Origin: a virus
Lineage: Duplodnaviria > Caudoviricetes
Length of the DNA: 52,320 bases
Strand: one strand, 5' to 3'
Virus record (IMG/VR): IMGVR_UViG_3300011336_000270
Coordinates: 1-52,320 of that record
The position numbers and the translations under genes were made by a program. Shown piece by piece: positions 18,907 to 29,388 of this stretch (the first letter of the stretch is position 1; every line of letters begins with the position of its first letter). Below the pieces are notes generated by a model, which did not search any database, was not told the origin of the DNA, and saw only the letters and a list, made by a program, of their open reading frames with translations.

Positions 18907-19868
18907 CTAGGTTGAAAGAAATAGTCATCCGCACTCGGAGAGCCAAGATAATTCCCAATTAAATTTTCGGGTCGCTGGAAGTTTGCAATACGAAGCGGTG
19001 CAGCAGTAGGGATCTCTGCTCCCTCCATCTCCTTCTCCTGCTCTTGCACAGCAAGCGATAGGTTGGCCAAGAACTCTTGCGCCTTACGATTCTCACGCGA
19101 GTTCAATGCAAGAACCGCATAGATCATTGCGTCCGCATTAAACTCTACCAGTTCCTTTGGATCGACGAGATCAAAATATTTCTTGGATGCGTAAAGCGTA
19201 ATGCACTCGCAGGTTCTTGGAGCTTTGAACCTACGGAATGTTGGATTGGCATCGTTAGGCTGGTAGATTGCAATGAGAGTCTTTGCTTCCAATGCCGTGT
19301 CGTAGGCATACACCCGAATCCTGCCTTTGGTAATCGGCTTGGTTACTGCGCGAATTCCCTTAACAAGAAGATCGGATTTCGCCAGCGTTGGAGGATTAAC
19401 AGTAGTTACCTTAATCTTATGGTATGTGTCATACTGGTCTTGAGCTTCAAACATTAACTCTACGCCGATGTCTTCAGCCTCTTCTGCCATTACCCCGATT
19501 TGGTATGGATGCGTGGTGTAGTCTCGGAATAGGACATGAAGTCCACCTACCTCAACTATTCCTCTATGGCATGACTGGTCTGCTTGGAGGGCGTAAGAGT
19601 CGGTTGCGTTGAACCATTCGTCAGCCAGAGATGCAGGCCGATTACCGATCCAAGCAAGTTTGATTTGCTCATAGCGAGATGGAAGCGTGAAGCAATCATT
19701 CACGCAGCAGATTTGGACATACTCTTCTTGAGTAGTCCAAGCCTTCTTATTCCATAAAAGTCGTCGTGCTTGGTTTACAGCTTTAACGGCTCTGTCGTAT
19801 GAACAGACACCGCTATCACCAACGAAGCCCTTAACGACTTCTACCATCTCATCGAGGGTATCAGCCAT
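18897..19868 (-). CDS. Head-tail adaptor / tail tubular protein A-like
   Basis: N-terminal helical bundle (TLDEMVEVVK...AVNQARRLL), beta-rich middle and C-terminal helices; synteny. Confidence 0.6.
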   Translation of the reverse strand: MADTLDEMVEVVKGFVGDSGVCSYDRAVKAVNQARRLLWNKKAWTTQEEYVQICCVNDCFTLPSRYEQIKLAWIGNRPASLADEWFNATDSYALQADQSCHRGIVEVGGLHVLFRDYTTHPYQIGVMAEEAEDIGVELMFEAQDQYDTYHKIKVTTVNPPTLAKSDLLVKGIRAVTKPITKGRIRVYAYDTALEAKTLIAIYQPNDANPTFRRFKAPRTCECITLYASKKYFDLVDPKELVEFNADAMIYAVLALNSRENRKAQEFLANLSLAVQEQEKEMEGAEIPTAAPLRIANFQRPENLIGNYLGSPSADDYFFQPSWP

Positions 19869-19883
19869 TATCGTTAACGATAA

Positions 19884-20063
19884 TTATTGAGGGCCGCCGA
19901 ACTGATTGACCATTTTGCCAACAGTTGGAAGTGGTTTGCTGGAGAAGGGGGTTGGCTTCTTAGCTCCGAGGTTAGGCATATTGCCCATACCTTCACGGAT
20001 GGTTCCACGGGTGCTTGCTCCGCCGCTAACGAGGCGTGGGTCTGTTCCTTTAAGAGGTGTCAT
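19884..20063 (-). CDS. Small virion-operon protein (59 aa)
   Basis: MTPLKGTDPRLVSGG...QFGGPQ*; A-rich leader; its stop is separated from the next ATG only by the palindrome. Confidence 0.7.
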   Translation of the reverse strand: MTPLKGTDPRLVSGGASTRGTIREGMGNMPNLGAKKPTPFSSKPLPTVGKMVNQFGGPQ

Positions 20064-20091
20064 ATTATTAATTTAGTTTGTTGTTTCTTGT

Positions 20092-20613
20092 TTAAGTCGT
20101 ATGGATTGCTGTCCATTCGACAAAAGTTGTATGCACTTCGGCGGATTCCACCATGAAGGCAAAGCTGTTCGCTGTTTTTGATCCATTGACCAAATAGACG
20201 CGAGCTGTAGGATTTGTTGTGGTAGCTGATACTGGAGTCAGAGCAACGCTATAGGTTGCGCTAGGCATAGCGGATGGGAAGACTACGGTGTATTGAGCAT
20301 CGGATGATCCTACGGCGGTTTGATTGGATTTAATTGTTACTACTGGGCGAGCTACAAGTGTAGTGATGTTACCCTCAATCGTAGTAATGTCCGCTTGAAT
20401 ATCTGCTACTTCAGTCTGGAGATTGTTTACATCAGTCGTAAGTTGAGCGATTGCCTCTAGGCTAATGTCGCTCAAATCGGGAATGTTCACCGTTCCATTA
20501 ACGAGAACTGTGTCGATAAAAGTCTGGAATACAGTACGCCAGTCACCAGATGGGCAGAAGTCATCTGGCACATTTGGGAAAATGATTTGCGGGTTGCTGC
20601 TTTGATTATCCAT
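20092..20613 (-). CDS. Tail needle/plug-like protein (coiled coil plus C-terminal beta knob)
   Basis: Trimeric-type heptads (IAQLTTDVNNLQTEVADIQADITTIEGNITTL) then VVFPSAMPSATYSV...WTAI. Confidence 0.55.
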   Translation of the reverse strand: MDNQSSNPQIIFPNVPDDFCPSGDWRTVFQTFIDTVLVNGTVNIPDLSDISLEAIAQLTTDVNNLQTEVADIQADITTIEGNITTLVARPVVTIKSNQTAVGSSDAQYTVVFPSAMPSATYSVALTPVSATTTNPTARVYLVNGSKTANSFAFMVESAEVHTTFVEWTAIHTT

Positions 20614-22612
20614 TGTAAATAGCGTAATCCCAGTATCTTTCGGGACAACAAATTTCAGCGCATTCTTGTTGGTCTTCTGGGCAATCACCAATAGGCGAGT
20701 CTTCGTTGTTCTTGATGTTTGCCATTATACGAACCCTATCCACAGTAGCCACTCCAGTCAAGTTGATTTTCAGTTGAAACTCACTACCTTCTACTGACGG
20801 GATTCCTGCTATATTATTACACTCAGATGGATCTGGCGTTGTGAACTTGTAGCGTTTATATTGATTGCCTCCACGCCTTGGGGTGCAAGTATTAATCAAA
20901 GTTGGGGAGCATGGGTTGCATCCAAAGGTCGTTGGAACTTTTAGCTCCGACCAGCATGGGTTGCTATCCGACCGATACTCCACTTGGCTAGTCACCTCGC
21001 CGGGGATGTCACTCATCCATATTTCTCCACCAGTAATTTTCTTGCGAATGAACTTATTTGTTAGTCCGCTCTTGTTGAAGTCGTATCGCCCAGTCGTAAT
21101 AAAGCTCTTGATCTTGCTAGTCCCATACGGCCCGTAGTCATCACTAGATGAGTTCGTTATTTCATACAGACGATTTTTTTCATCTTGGTCAAAGCTAAAT
21201 CCGAATCCACGCTTCTCTCCGTCAATCATCGCGGTCAGTAATTGAGTTGGACGGAAGCCTGTCCATAGTCCATTCCAGCGAAAGGTAAGATCGGCATCAG
21301 GTGACGGACTAGCAGTTTGATCCAAGTCGAGTACAACCATACCCCTGTGGTATCTGTGTAGTCCTCTTGCGTTATTCTTCTTTGTCTGTGGCGCGACTGT
21401 ACTCACCAAATAGTTGTTGATATACATTGTCGAGGCGAATTGCTTCAACCACTTAGTATCCAAATCAACCCACTTGTTTACCTCGCGGGATAGTTTTCGC
21501 AATGAGAAGAATCTACCGAACTCCGATTGGCTGTTGGAATAGAACGCCCAACCATCGTGCGAGCGGAACCAAAGTTCACTATTAACTAGAGAGACATGAG
21601 GGCTAGTACATCCGCGACCTAGAAGAGATATGCGCTGGATGTTCGATGTGTTCCATAATGCTCTTGGTATACTGACATCCATCGAGAATGCGCCATTCGT
21701 TGTAAGGACTACTAGCTCGCCTTGACCTCGTAAGTTTCCGCCGATGTATGGCATTACTTTCATCGCGGTGATCTCTCCCATCATTGCTGGAGTCGAGAAC
21801 GCTCCGCCCTCTGCCCAGTATGTAATCTCAGTGAAATTCTGGGTATTGGTAGTATCGGTAAATCCAGCCCCGAAGATAATGTCCGATGCATAGATTTGAT
21901 TAAATCTGTCCGAAACAAATACACGACCAAAGGCATATTCCATGATCGTGCCAATTGGCATCTGACCCTTGCTAGGATAAAGCCTATACGCAGGCATAGC
22001 CACAGTCCCAGTTCCAGTCGCTGGGCCATTTGCCGTGAACTTAACGCCAACCGTATTTGATGGTGCGCCGATCAGAGTATAATCAGTAGTGCCTACCGTG
22101 ACGATCTCGCAGTAGGTATTCTTGGTAATGAGTGTAGCTGACACCGCTCCGACTACGCCGCCCCATGCTATGGCATACTGGTATCCGTTCTGTATGTAGA
22201 CTCGATCCTCTGCTTGCACGAACCATGTGTGCATTAGTGAAGCGTCATTCCAGTCAGTCAGTCCCGACAGAATGTATGCTGTTGCGTAGTTATTGGTGAT
22301 ATGCAGGAAGTATATCTTCCCTGATACAGAAATAAGCAGCCCGTCTCCCAGAGCCGCTTCGTTAACTTTACGGTATGAATATGCTCCTTGAAAGTTGCCG
22401 GTCTGAATATCGTTAACGATAGTCTCTGGCTGGCCTTTCCCAGCAATGATATTCAAGTTCCGAATGCTCGGCCTTGTCTGGTTGATTCCACCGCGAAAGG
22501 TGCGGTTGACCGACTCAGCTACATAGAACTCTGGCAGATAAGACGGATGAGTATCCGCGTCTTGAGCGACAATACTTGTGAACCCATCAAAGACTGATCC
22601 TTCAGTTGGCAT
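20606..22612 (-). CDS. Tail nozzle / tubular protein B-like (beta-propeller)
   Basis: 668 aa, beta-rich; GRVFVSD...IYASD and LGRGCTSPH motifs as in P22 gp10-like stabilisation proteins; synteny. Confidence 0.65.
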   Translation of the reverse strand: MPTEGSVFDGFTSIVAQDADTHPSYLPEFYVAESVNRTFRGGINQTRPSIRNLNIIAGKGQPETIVNDIQTGNFQGAYSYRKVNEAALGDGLLISVSGKIYFLHITNNYATAYILSGLTDWNDASLMHTWFVQAEDRVYIQNGYQYAIAWGGVVGAVSATLITKNTYCEIVTVGTTDYTLIGAPSNTVGVKFTANGPATGTGTVAMPAYRLYPSKGQMPIGTIMEYAFGRVFVSDRFNQIYASDIIFGAGFTDTTNTQNFTEITYWAEGGAFSTPAMMGEITAMKVMPYIGGNLRGQGELVVLTTNGAFSMDVSIPRALWNTSNIQRISLLGRGCTSPHVSLVNSELWFRSHDGWAFYSNSQSEFGRFFSLRKLSREVNKWVDLDTKWLKQFASTMYINNYLVSTVAPQTKKNNARGLHRYHRGMVVLDLDQTASPSPDADLTFRWNGLWTGFRPTQLLTAMIDGEKRGFGFSFDQDEKNRLYEITNSSSDDYGPYGTSKIKSFITTGRYDFNKSGLTNKFIRKKITGGEIWMSDIPGEVTSQVEYRSDSNPCWSELKVPTTFGCNPCSPTLINTCTPRRGGNQYKRYKFTTPDPSECNNIAGIPSVEGSEFQLKINLTGVATVDRVRIMANIKNNEDSPIGDCPEDQQECAEICCPERYWDYAIYNG

Positions 22613-22763
22613 CGTGCGAGGATTTTATTTCTTGTTTGCTACGCTCCCACTTTTTATACTCTTCGCTCTGATCGTCTATTTGATTGAGTTTTTTATTTGG
22701 TTGTGGCGAGGCGTACGATGATACTATCTTGCCATCCAAATTGCGCTCAACATATCGGATCAT
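22602..22763 (-). CDS. Small protein after the tail fibre, possible fibre chaperone (53 aa)
   Basis: MIRYVERNLDGKIVSSYASPQP...; overlaps both neighbours. Confidence 0.55.
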   Translation of the reverse strand: MIRYVERNLDGKIVSSYASPQPNKKLNQIDDQSEEYKKWERSKQEIKSSHDAN

Positions 22764-24076
22764 GGCTGGAGTCTTCCACGACCATCAATGTATCCAAAAG
22801 TGTCTATATCAAGAACAGCGGAAGTTGTCGTTGCAAGATCAATTCCTATTTCCCTAGATGTATTAGTCATAACTCCAAATGGATTGAACTGGGCTGCTGA
22901 AACATTATATGAATCTGCAAGATACGCTGTAGCCGATGCATTATTAAATGATGGTGACATTGTTGCTGGAAATGTTTGATCTGGATCATAGGCTTTCCAG
23001 TATTGGGCTGTATTTACTCCTATATTAATTATCGGATATACCTTAATTCCACTTGGGACACTTAAAGCGAATAGTGATCCACCAGAATTAATATTTCCAT
23101 CTTGAACATCCTTCGATGGAGTCTTGTATAGGAAACGATCTCCCACTTGAACGAATGCACGGATATTGCCAGAACCATCCGTGGTAACTGCTCCAATTCT
23201 GCGATACTGCGTATAACCGCCGGGCAATGCTGGGGAAGTTACGCTCGTTGAAAAGATCGCATCTTGAACTGTTCCATTGCTAATAATGTAAACATGAAGG
23301 GTTCCATTGTTTGGCTTTGTTCCTACATCCATTCCGCCTTGGTTTGTTCCTGCTGCCCACGGCGCATCGCTTCTCTTTGTAATGGCAGATGTAAGAAGCA
23401 AGTCAGCTGTATTGTTTGCTGAACGGCATTCTCCAACAGATATATCAATGTCGTTGTTGGGATCGGAGACATTGTTGGAAAGGATCATCCCATAAAGGTG
23501 TCCGCCGGGGAATTGATTCGATGGAGCGGCGACAAATTGAATGCTAGATCCTACCATTTGCAGGGTTGATCCAGATATGCCATTAGGAACAACCGTCAGA
23601 TTATTAGATGTATCTCGAATGAATAGCCCCTGTCCACTTGGAAGTAATGTGTTTAATGTATTTACCCTCCAGTCTGATCCGTCCCAATATGCAATGTAGT
23701 TGTTTCCAGTTACAGAAGGCTCCCACACTTTAATAGTTCCATCAGCAAGCATTACAAGTTGCTTGGGAACCACGCTAGTTGTATCTTGAGAGATATTTGG
23801 AAGAACAATAGGTAAAGTGGATGACCCGTCTTTCATGCCTACTGAACCAGAGGAGTCTTTGACTACAATCGAATTGTTGCTTCCATTTGTCCAAGTTAAT
23901 TGACCTGTAGCTCCACTTGATTTTAGTAATTGCTCAGTAAGCGGCGGAACGAGCGTCTTCTGACAAGCAGCAGAGTCTTCTACTACTAATCGTTTTGCAT
24001 TGCTAGTTATTTCAAGAGGTTCACACAACAACGGAAAGTTCGTGTCGCATGGTGGGCAGGGTGTGCAGTAACTCAT
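22760..24076 (-). CDS. Tail fibre protein
   Basis: Cys-rich N-terminus, beta-repeat shaft, and a LSNNVSDPNNDIDISVGEC...PGGYTQYRRIG domain common in phage fibres. Confidence 0.75.
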   Translation of the reverse strand: MSYCTPCPPCDTNFPLLCEPLEITSNAKRLVVEDSAACQKTLVPPLTEQLLKSSGATGQLTWTNGSNNSIVVKDSSGSVGMKDGSSTLPIVLPNISQDTTSVVPKQLVMLADGTIKVWEPSVTGNNYIAYWDGSDWRVNTLNTLLPSGQGLFIRDTSNNLTVVPNGISGSTLQMVGSSIQFVAAPSNQFPGGHLYGMILSNNVSDPNNDIDISVGECRSANNTADLLLTSAITKRSDAPWAAGTNQGGMDVGTKPNNGTLHVYIISNGTVQDAIFSTSVTSPALPGGYTQYRRIGAVTTDGSGNIRAFVQVGDRFLYKTPSKDVQDGNINSGGSLFALSVPSGIKVYPIINIGVNTAQYWKAYDPDQTFPATMSPSFNNASATAYLADSYNVSAAQFNPFGVMTNTSREIGIDLATTTSAVLDIDTFGYIDGRGRLQP

Positions 24077-24213
24077 TTTTTTATTTCTTTAATGATGTAA
24101 TTTTGAGCCTTATGCAGAATTTGTTTGTATTTTTCTAGCTGCTTATTCATTTCTTCCCTTACAGGCTTCCTTAATTCATCAACATTTTTTATTTCAGTAA
24201 TTTGTGTTTCCAT
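24073..24213 (-). CDS. Small protein (46 aa)
   Basis: METQITEIKNVDELRK...; fills the gap between tailspike and fibre genes with an ATGA overlap. Confidence 0.5.
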   Translation of the reverse strand: METQITEIKNVDELRKPVREEMNKQLEKYKQILHKAQNYIIKEIKK

Positions 24214-24217
24214 ATAA

Positions 24218-25789
24218 TTAAGGCGTGTTGTGAAGCGTCAAAGCTAATAAATAATCTCCAGCGGGAACCGTTCCTGTGGCTATAACCCTTAATGTAATTT
24301 GATTGGGATATGGAGCTTCTCCTCCTGGACTGCCTATTCCGGGAGTTGAATTTTCACAAGCGTATTGAATATACATTGGCGCAAACCAATGCGGTTCCAC
24401 TCTAACAACAGGATTAAAATTTGTCGTAAGAGCATGATAGCAATATAATGTTTGGAATGTTCCAGCAGTCCATCCTCCAGTAGGAACAGTAAATTGCAAC
24501 CATGTTCTATTTGCATTTAATGAAATTCCGCCATTAAATGTTGATCTTGAATTTATTGTGGTATTTAATGGTATTGCAGGAAAAATTCCAGAAACCATTC
24601 CAGCCTTATCCCATCCAGTTCCTGTATTTATTATTTGATTTCCGATTCCTGTCAATTGATTTTTGGAATATTCTAGGGCGGATGAAAAAGCTAATCTGTA
24701 TAATCCGCTGTTACCGCTTCCTTTAATATACGCTACATCGCAGCCATCAAAAAATGTTTCGCATCTAACAATAAATCTTCCTGGAGGCAATTGTGGTTCT
24801 CCATAAATTCCTATTGAGCCTGTAGTGTTTGGGTCAATCGCGCCGACTTCAATAAGTGTATCATCCCATGTAAGATTTAATCCTAATGAACCATTGTTTA
24901 CATCATAAAAATGTATTCCGTATTTAACTGTAACAATAAAATTTCCTTTAATAATATTCCCTTGGAATAATGTTCCAGAAACAGATGTAGCAAGATGATT
25001 GAATTTTATTCCAGCTTCAGAGCATCCATTTATTGTATTAAAGTTTATATTATTATCAGCGCATACTTTATTTGTATCGCTTATTTGTAATACAAGCCCA
25101 TTTGTTGATAGTGCTATATTTGATATATTTATTGTTGCAAAACTAACTCCATCAAGCAAAAGCCCAGTACTTCCTCCAACGATTTGAGGTATGTTAAATG
25201 AATTTGTTGATGTGTAATTGCCGGATGGAATTTTTACTGTTGTTATTGAGGCTCCTGCAACAATAATAGCTTCAGAATTGCAATCACATCCTGTTTTTAA
25301 TATAATGCCTGAATTTGTTTTGAATGTCCCTTTCGGAAAATAGATCCCAGAGTTTATTGAAAGCGCATAATCAATCGCCGCCTGAATTGCGGTAGTATCA
25401 TCCGCGACACCATCACCTAGTGCGCCAAAGTCCCTCACATTTACAATGTCCGCCATCCGAGTAGAAAGATTGCGTGGTGAGGTCGATCCAGCAGAGAGGA
25501 ATGGAGTTAGCTCATTAAACCCAGTAGCAGTCACCCATGCTAGTCCATTCCATGCATAAAGTTCGCTGGCTCCAGTATTCCAGTACAATGCTCCAATAAT
25601 TAACGCATTTCCAGAGTTATCGACTGTTGGCGCGGTAGCTTTTGCTCCAAGATATATTTGACTGAACCCATCTAAAGCATTTTGAGAAATTCTCGCGTAG
25701 TATGCAGCTTTATTCGCAATCTCATTCATTGCTGCTTCACTTGGGCCGCAAGGATTGCATTTAGAACTTCTGGAATTTCCACAACTCAT
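24218..25789 (-). CDS. Tailspike with pectate-lyase-like beta-helix
   Basis: VNVRDFGALGDGVADDTTAIQAAID...IYFPKGTF motif; AT-rich, variable-looking C-terminal half. Confidence 0.85.
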   Translation of the reverse strand: MSCGNSRSSKCNPCGPSEAAMNEIANKAAYYARISQNALDGFSQIYLGAKATAPTVDNSGNALIIGALYWNTGASELYAWNGLAWVTATGFNELTPFLSAGSTSPRNLSTRMADIVNVRDFGALGDGVADDTTAIQAAIDYALSINSGIYFPKGTFKTNSGIILKTGCDCNSEAIIVAGASITTVKIPSGNYTSTNSFNIPQIVGGSTGLLLDGVSFATINISNIALSTNGLVLQISDTNKVCADNNINFNTINGCSEAGIKFNHLATSVSGTLFQGNIIKGNFIVTVKYGIHFYDVNNGSLGLNLTWDDTLIEVGAIDPNTTGSIGIYGEPQLPPGRFIVRCETFFDGCDVAYIKGSGNSGLYRLAFSSALEYSKNQLTGIGNQIINTGTGWDKAGMVSGIFPAIPLNTTINSRSTFNGGISLNANRTWLQFTVPTGGWTAGTFQTLYCYHALTTNFNPVVRVEPHWFAPMYIQYACENSTPGIGSPGGEAPYPNQITLRVIATGTVPAGDYLLALTLHNTP

Positions 25790-25833
25790 AATTTTATCGT
25801 TAACGATAGTTTTTCTTTATTTATTTGCAAGCA

Positions 25834-26709
25834 CTATTTCGCTTCAAATAATTCGTATTCGGCAGCATTCTTCTGACCTTTCGTTTCAGAACCCGGTTGG
25901 TAAATTCGTAGCCACCACGCTCCAGTTGGTTTGGGTGGTTTCCCAGTTTCGATGTGCCAACCCCCATACCCATCCTCGTATTCCTCTTTATATCCAGCAA
26001 TCTTCACATGGGTTTGTCGTTCGTGTATAACTTGATCTGCTATATTTAATCTGATTCTTTGAACAGCAACTTGCCAGCTTTCATGGACATGGCCAGTAGC
26101 TACGATGTCGGCGTCAGATACATATACTGCTTGCCTCGCTGTTTGTATAACTCCTCTCGTTACTGGGCCGCCACCTCCGCTTCCGTGGAAATACCATAGC
26201 TTTAAGCTATTATTTCTGCGGTTGCCATTTAAGATATGGAATCGAATATAGCCAGAATATCCTCCGCGTCTCGCTATGCCCTCATTTGCTCTAATTCTTT
26301 CTGCAAGTCTTTCAGTTAAATCTGTTTCGTTATTCTTGTAGATTGCCGACTCATGATTTCCTACACCTCTAACAGTGATGATTTTAGCGTAAGGCTTTAG
26401 ATAATCGCTCGCAGTATTAACAAGAGAATCCAAATAATTGTTTACCTGATGCTCTGGGCGTATGTCTTTCTTAGATGATCGTCGATCATACTTGCCCTGC
26501 ATCGCGCAGAAGAAGTCGCCGAAGTCCAATACTGGCGCATTGCGCTCTAGTGCTAAGTCGAGGTGCTTCTTTAGTTTCTTCCTATCGCATTTCGGATTGT
26601 CCCAATGCACATCGCTCTGCAATAAAAACCATTGCTCATCTCCGACTCGCGCTAGGTTAATATCGAAAATATGGACATTTCGGCTAACCTCACGGAACTT
26701 CCAACTCAT
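25834..26709 (-). CDS. Calcineurin-like metallophosphoesterase
   Basis: SDVH, GDFF, GNHE, FHG and GHVH motifs. Confidence 0.88.
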   Translation of the reverse strand: MSWKFREVSRNVHIFDINLARVGDEQWFLLQSDVHWDNPKCDRKKLKKHLDLALERNAPVLDFGDFFCAMQGKYDRRSSKKDIRPEHQVNNYLDSLVNTASDYLKPYAKIITVRGVGNHESAIYKNNETDLTERLAERIRANEGIARRGGYSGYIRFHILNGNRRNNSLKLWYFHGSGGGGPVTRGVIQTARQAVYVSDADIVATGHVHESWQVAVQRIRLNIADQVIHERQTHVKIAGYKEEYEDGYGGWHIETGKPPKPTGAWWLRIYQPGSETKGQKNAAEYELFEAK

Positions 26710-27158
26710 GCGAATATGTCTTTCTTTTGCGAAACACGCTCGCGCATTTGCGCTAGAGTTAATCCCGTGTTTACTTCAAAGTGCGGCTCGTCTTTGATTG
26801 ATTTGAAATCTCCACCCCAAACAATACCAAGTGTTTTTCCTAGTGTTCCAATTTCTTTATACAGCGGAGACTCGGAGATATATTGCTTGCCTTGGAAAAG
26901 ACCTATATCCCAAGCTGTCCCAAAATTGTGATTGGAGAACCCCGGCCTTGCATTTGTTACCTTTGGGCCGGGAGCAGTTCTTCCTTTGGCGTATAGCGCA
27001 GCCTGCTCGTCGTAAGAGCGAAGCCCGCTGATTATGCGAACATCATGGCCCTTTTCTTTTATGATAGGAACCACGAGTTGCATAAACTCACGCGCCTTCT
27101 TCTGTACTCTGGGATGGAGAGTTTTTATGTTTCTCTCCGTCCTTTCGTCAAAAGTCAT
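26706..27158 (-). CDS. Endolysin, M15 family L-Ala-D-Glu peptidase
   Basis: GLRSYDEQAALY...SNHNFGTAWDI...WGGDF...DEPHFE; true start MTFDER at 27158. Confidence 0.9.
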   Translation of the reverse strand: MTFDERTERNIKTLHPRVQKKAREFMQLVVPIIKEKGHDVRIISGLRSYDEQAALYAKGRTAPGPKVTNARPGFSNHNFGTAWDIGLFQGKQYISESPLYKEIGTLGKTLGIVWGGDFKSIKDEPHFEVNTGLTLAQMRERVSQKKDIFA

Positions 27159-27159
27159 T

Positions 27160-27333
27160 TTATTTTCCTTTTCGGAGAATGTTGATGAGGCCAATGAGGC
27201 CGAGTCCTGCGACCAAGACTTGTTCTTGAATGGCTGGATCGAGCTTGATTCCAAGGGCTGTCGCCACAAGGATGATACCGCGCCAAGTGCTATTCTCGCC
27301 AAGTCGTGTAAGAATGATGTCGACAATTTTCAT
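27160..27333 (-). CDS. Holin-like two-TM protein (57 aa; not in the ORF track)
   Basis: MKIVDIILTRLGENSTWRGIILVATALGIKLDPAIQEQVLVAGLGLIGLINILRKGK; directly upstream of the endolysin. Confidence 0.75.
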   Translation of the reverse strand: MKIVDIILTRLGENSTWRGIILVATALGIKLDPAIQEQVLVAGLGLIGLINILRKGK

Positions 27334-27554
27334 TTATCCTTTAGTAGTTTTGGTTTTGTTATCTTGAACTGATCCCAAGCATATTTCATTGAATCGGTTG
27401 GTTCTTGTTCTTGGGTGGAATTTGGAATGTAAGCGTAACTGACATTTATCTTAACTTTTCCTAGCTGGCCAATATGTTCTCCAAACGGAGGAATCGGAAT
27501 AGTAACGCATGAACAGAGAAATAATGCAAGGATTATCGTTAACGATAGTTTCAT
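27330..27554 (-). CDS. Lipoprotein, possible spanin component
   Basis: Signal peptide with lipobox-like LFLCSC; located in the lysis cassette. Confidence 0.6.
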   Translation of the reverse strand: MKLSLTIILALFLCSCVTIPIPPFGEHIGQLGKVKINVSYAYIPNSTQEQEPTDSMKYAWDQFKITKPKLLKDK

Positions 27555-27757
27555 TTGCGGCATTTCTTTTCAATGGCTCTTTTTTCGAGCATTATAAAAA
27601 TAGATACGATAGCAGCCATCATGCCAAATCCGGCAGCACCAATCCGAAGCCATAACTCTAACTGAGGTAGCATGGAAATTATTGCTGATGCCATTCCGAT
27701 TATCGCTCCAGCAAATCCTGTTCCATGTGCTGAGATGCTACTAGGGTCTGCATTCAT
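27551..27757 (-). CDS. Small two-TM membrane protein (holin/antiholin-like)
   Basis: Two hydrophobic helices and a basic C-terminus. Confidence 0.6.
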   Translation of the reverse strand: MNADPSSISAHGTGFAGAIIGMASAIISMLPQLELWLRIGAAGFGMMAAIVSIFIMLEKRAIEKKCRK

Positions 27758-27766
27758 GATATTTAT

Positions 27767-28015
27767 TCATGCTGGTTCCCATTGTCTCTCGACACGGTCA
27801 TTAAACCAAACAACAATAGGATTCCAATATCCATCTTCTGGCTTTTCTATTTTAATAACAGGTAAAAGCTGTGGGTCAACCCAATCTTGAGGTAACGGAT
27901 AAGGTCTAATTGTTTCTAGCTCAGGGTTTCCTTGACTATTCAATACTAGGCTCGCCAACTCTCGCCGACCATCATTGAATAGTAAGCCGTAAGGTTCCAT
28001 AATTCCATTTTCCAT
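27767..28015 (-). CDS. Hypothetical protein downstream of the fibre gene
   Basis: ORF in the virion operon. Confidence 0.65.
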   Translation of the reverse strand: MENGIMEPYGLLFNDGRRELASLVLNSQGNPELETIRPYPLPQDWVDPQLLPVIKIEKPEDGYWNPIVVWFNDRVERQWEPA

Positions 28016-28017
28016 AT

Positions 28018-29373
28018 TTATGTGCCAGCAGTAATTTCCACAGCATCCACGCTAGCCACCCAACGCCATGTTTCTGCTGCAATCCCAGTGCATTCAACTT
28101 TGAGCGCATCGTTTGTATCATTAGCAGATAATGCAATACTGGTTCCCGCTGCGTTATCGGTTCCGATAGTCACAGGCGCATAAACTTCAGTTGTGGTGAG
28201 CGCGATATTTTTAATGGCATACTGACGCAAATAGTGGGCGACTGCACTACCATCACTCTTAATTCCAGTAATGTTAATCGTGAATGCAAATACTTTACCT
28301 GTAGGAATAGAAAGTCGTTGGCTTGAGCCATCAAGGAATAATTCTACGGCAGAATTTGTTGTTGTTTTATTCCGCATCACAAATCGCGCCCGCTGCGCGT
28401 CTCCTACAATAGAGAATTTTCCAGAAGCGTGAGACTGCTGCCCGTAGCGATCTACCCGTGAACCAAATCCCCCAAGTGCCGCACCGAAGTCTGCATAAAT
28501 TTCTTGCTCTTGTCCTCCGCAAATTGCGGAAAAATCTCCAGATGCAAGATTATATCTTCCTCCTCCAACAAACGCGTATTGGTCTTCAGTCGTGTTTTGT
28601 TGTCCGCCAACTACCGCACAATATGACTCAGTTCTTGTGACATTTGAAGTACCACTACCAATAAATGAGTATCCAGCTCCAGCAGAGTTTTGAAGGCCTC
28701 CGCAAACCACATCATCCACATTGGTTGCAGCATTTCGCTCGCCAGATAGAACTCCAGCATTTGCTCCGCTAGCAACTTGAGTGGCTGCGTTTCTTGAAAA
28801 TTGTAAATCTACAGCCCTTGATCCGCGAGCGTTACCACCAGTCACGGTTCCGTCTGGTTTTGAACCGGCAATAATTGCCCCCGTTCCTTTAGGAGTCAGA
28901 ACTATGGAAGAATTTGTCTGTCCAGAATGTTGATTTGTAATTGCAACATTATTCTGGGTTACTGTTGTCGCATCATCAATTACAAGATCAGAATTTTGCA
29001 GCGTCGCACCACCAGTTCCATCCGCGCGAAGGATGGCATTATCAACTGATCCAGTCGTGATTGATGATCCTGCGCCAGTTGCGCCTTGCGGCCCAGTTGC
29101 GCCCGTGGCTCCTAATCCCGTGGCTCCTGTCGCGCCAGCACTTCCTGCAGTTCCAGTCGCGCCTGTAGCTCCAATTCCTGTAGCCCCAGTTAATCCCGTT
29201 AAGCCTGTAGCTCCTGTGGCTCCTGTCGGGCCTCCAGATGGGCCGATTGGGCCAGTTGCACCTGTAGCTCCAGTTCCTCCGCCGCCACCGCCAGATTGCG
29301 CTGCAAGATAAATTTGGTATAACTGACCGTCTTCAGTTAATGCGGCAAAACATTCTTTAGAGTCAATTGGCAT
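28018..29373 (-). CDS. Collagen-like fibre with beta-roll repeats (possible head fibre)
   Basis: Gly-X-Y (GAT) repeats at about 29070-29280, then GG-x-x-N repeats ([16 protein letters not shown]). Confidence 0.8.
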   Translation of the reverse strand: MPIDSKECFAALTEDGQLYQIYLAAQSGGGGGGTGATGATGPIGPSGGPTGATGATGLTGLTGATGIGATGATGTAGSAGATGATGLGATGATGPQGATGAGSSITTGSVDNAILRADGTGGATLQNSDLVIDDATTVTQNNVAITNQHSGQTNSSIVLTPKGTGAIIAGSKPDGTVTGGNARGSRAVDLQFSRNAATQVASGANAGVLSGERNAATNVDDVVCGGLQNSAGAGYSFIGSGTSNVTRTESYCAVVGGQQNTTEDQYAFVGGGRYNLASGDFSAICGGQEQEIYADFGAALGGFGSRVDRYGQQSHASGKFSIVGDAQRARFVMRNKTTTNSAVELFLDGSSQRLSIPTGKVFAFTINITGIKSDGSAVAHYLRQYAIKNIALTTTEVYAPVTIGTDNAAGTSIALSANDTNDALKVECTGIAAETWRWVASVDAVEITAGT

Positions 29374-29388
29374 AGTCGATATTATATT

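Noticed and set aside
27159-27326. 56-aa N-terminal extension of the endolysin in the ORF track
   Set aside because: The region is better explained by a holin-like gene in another frame (27160..27333)
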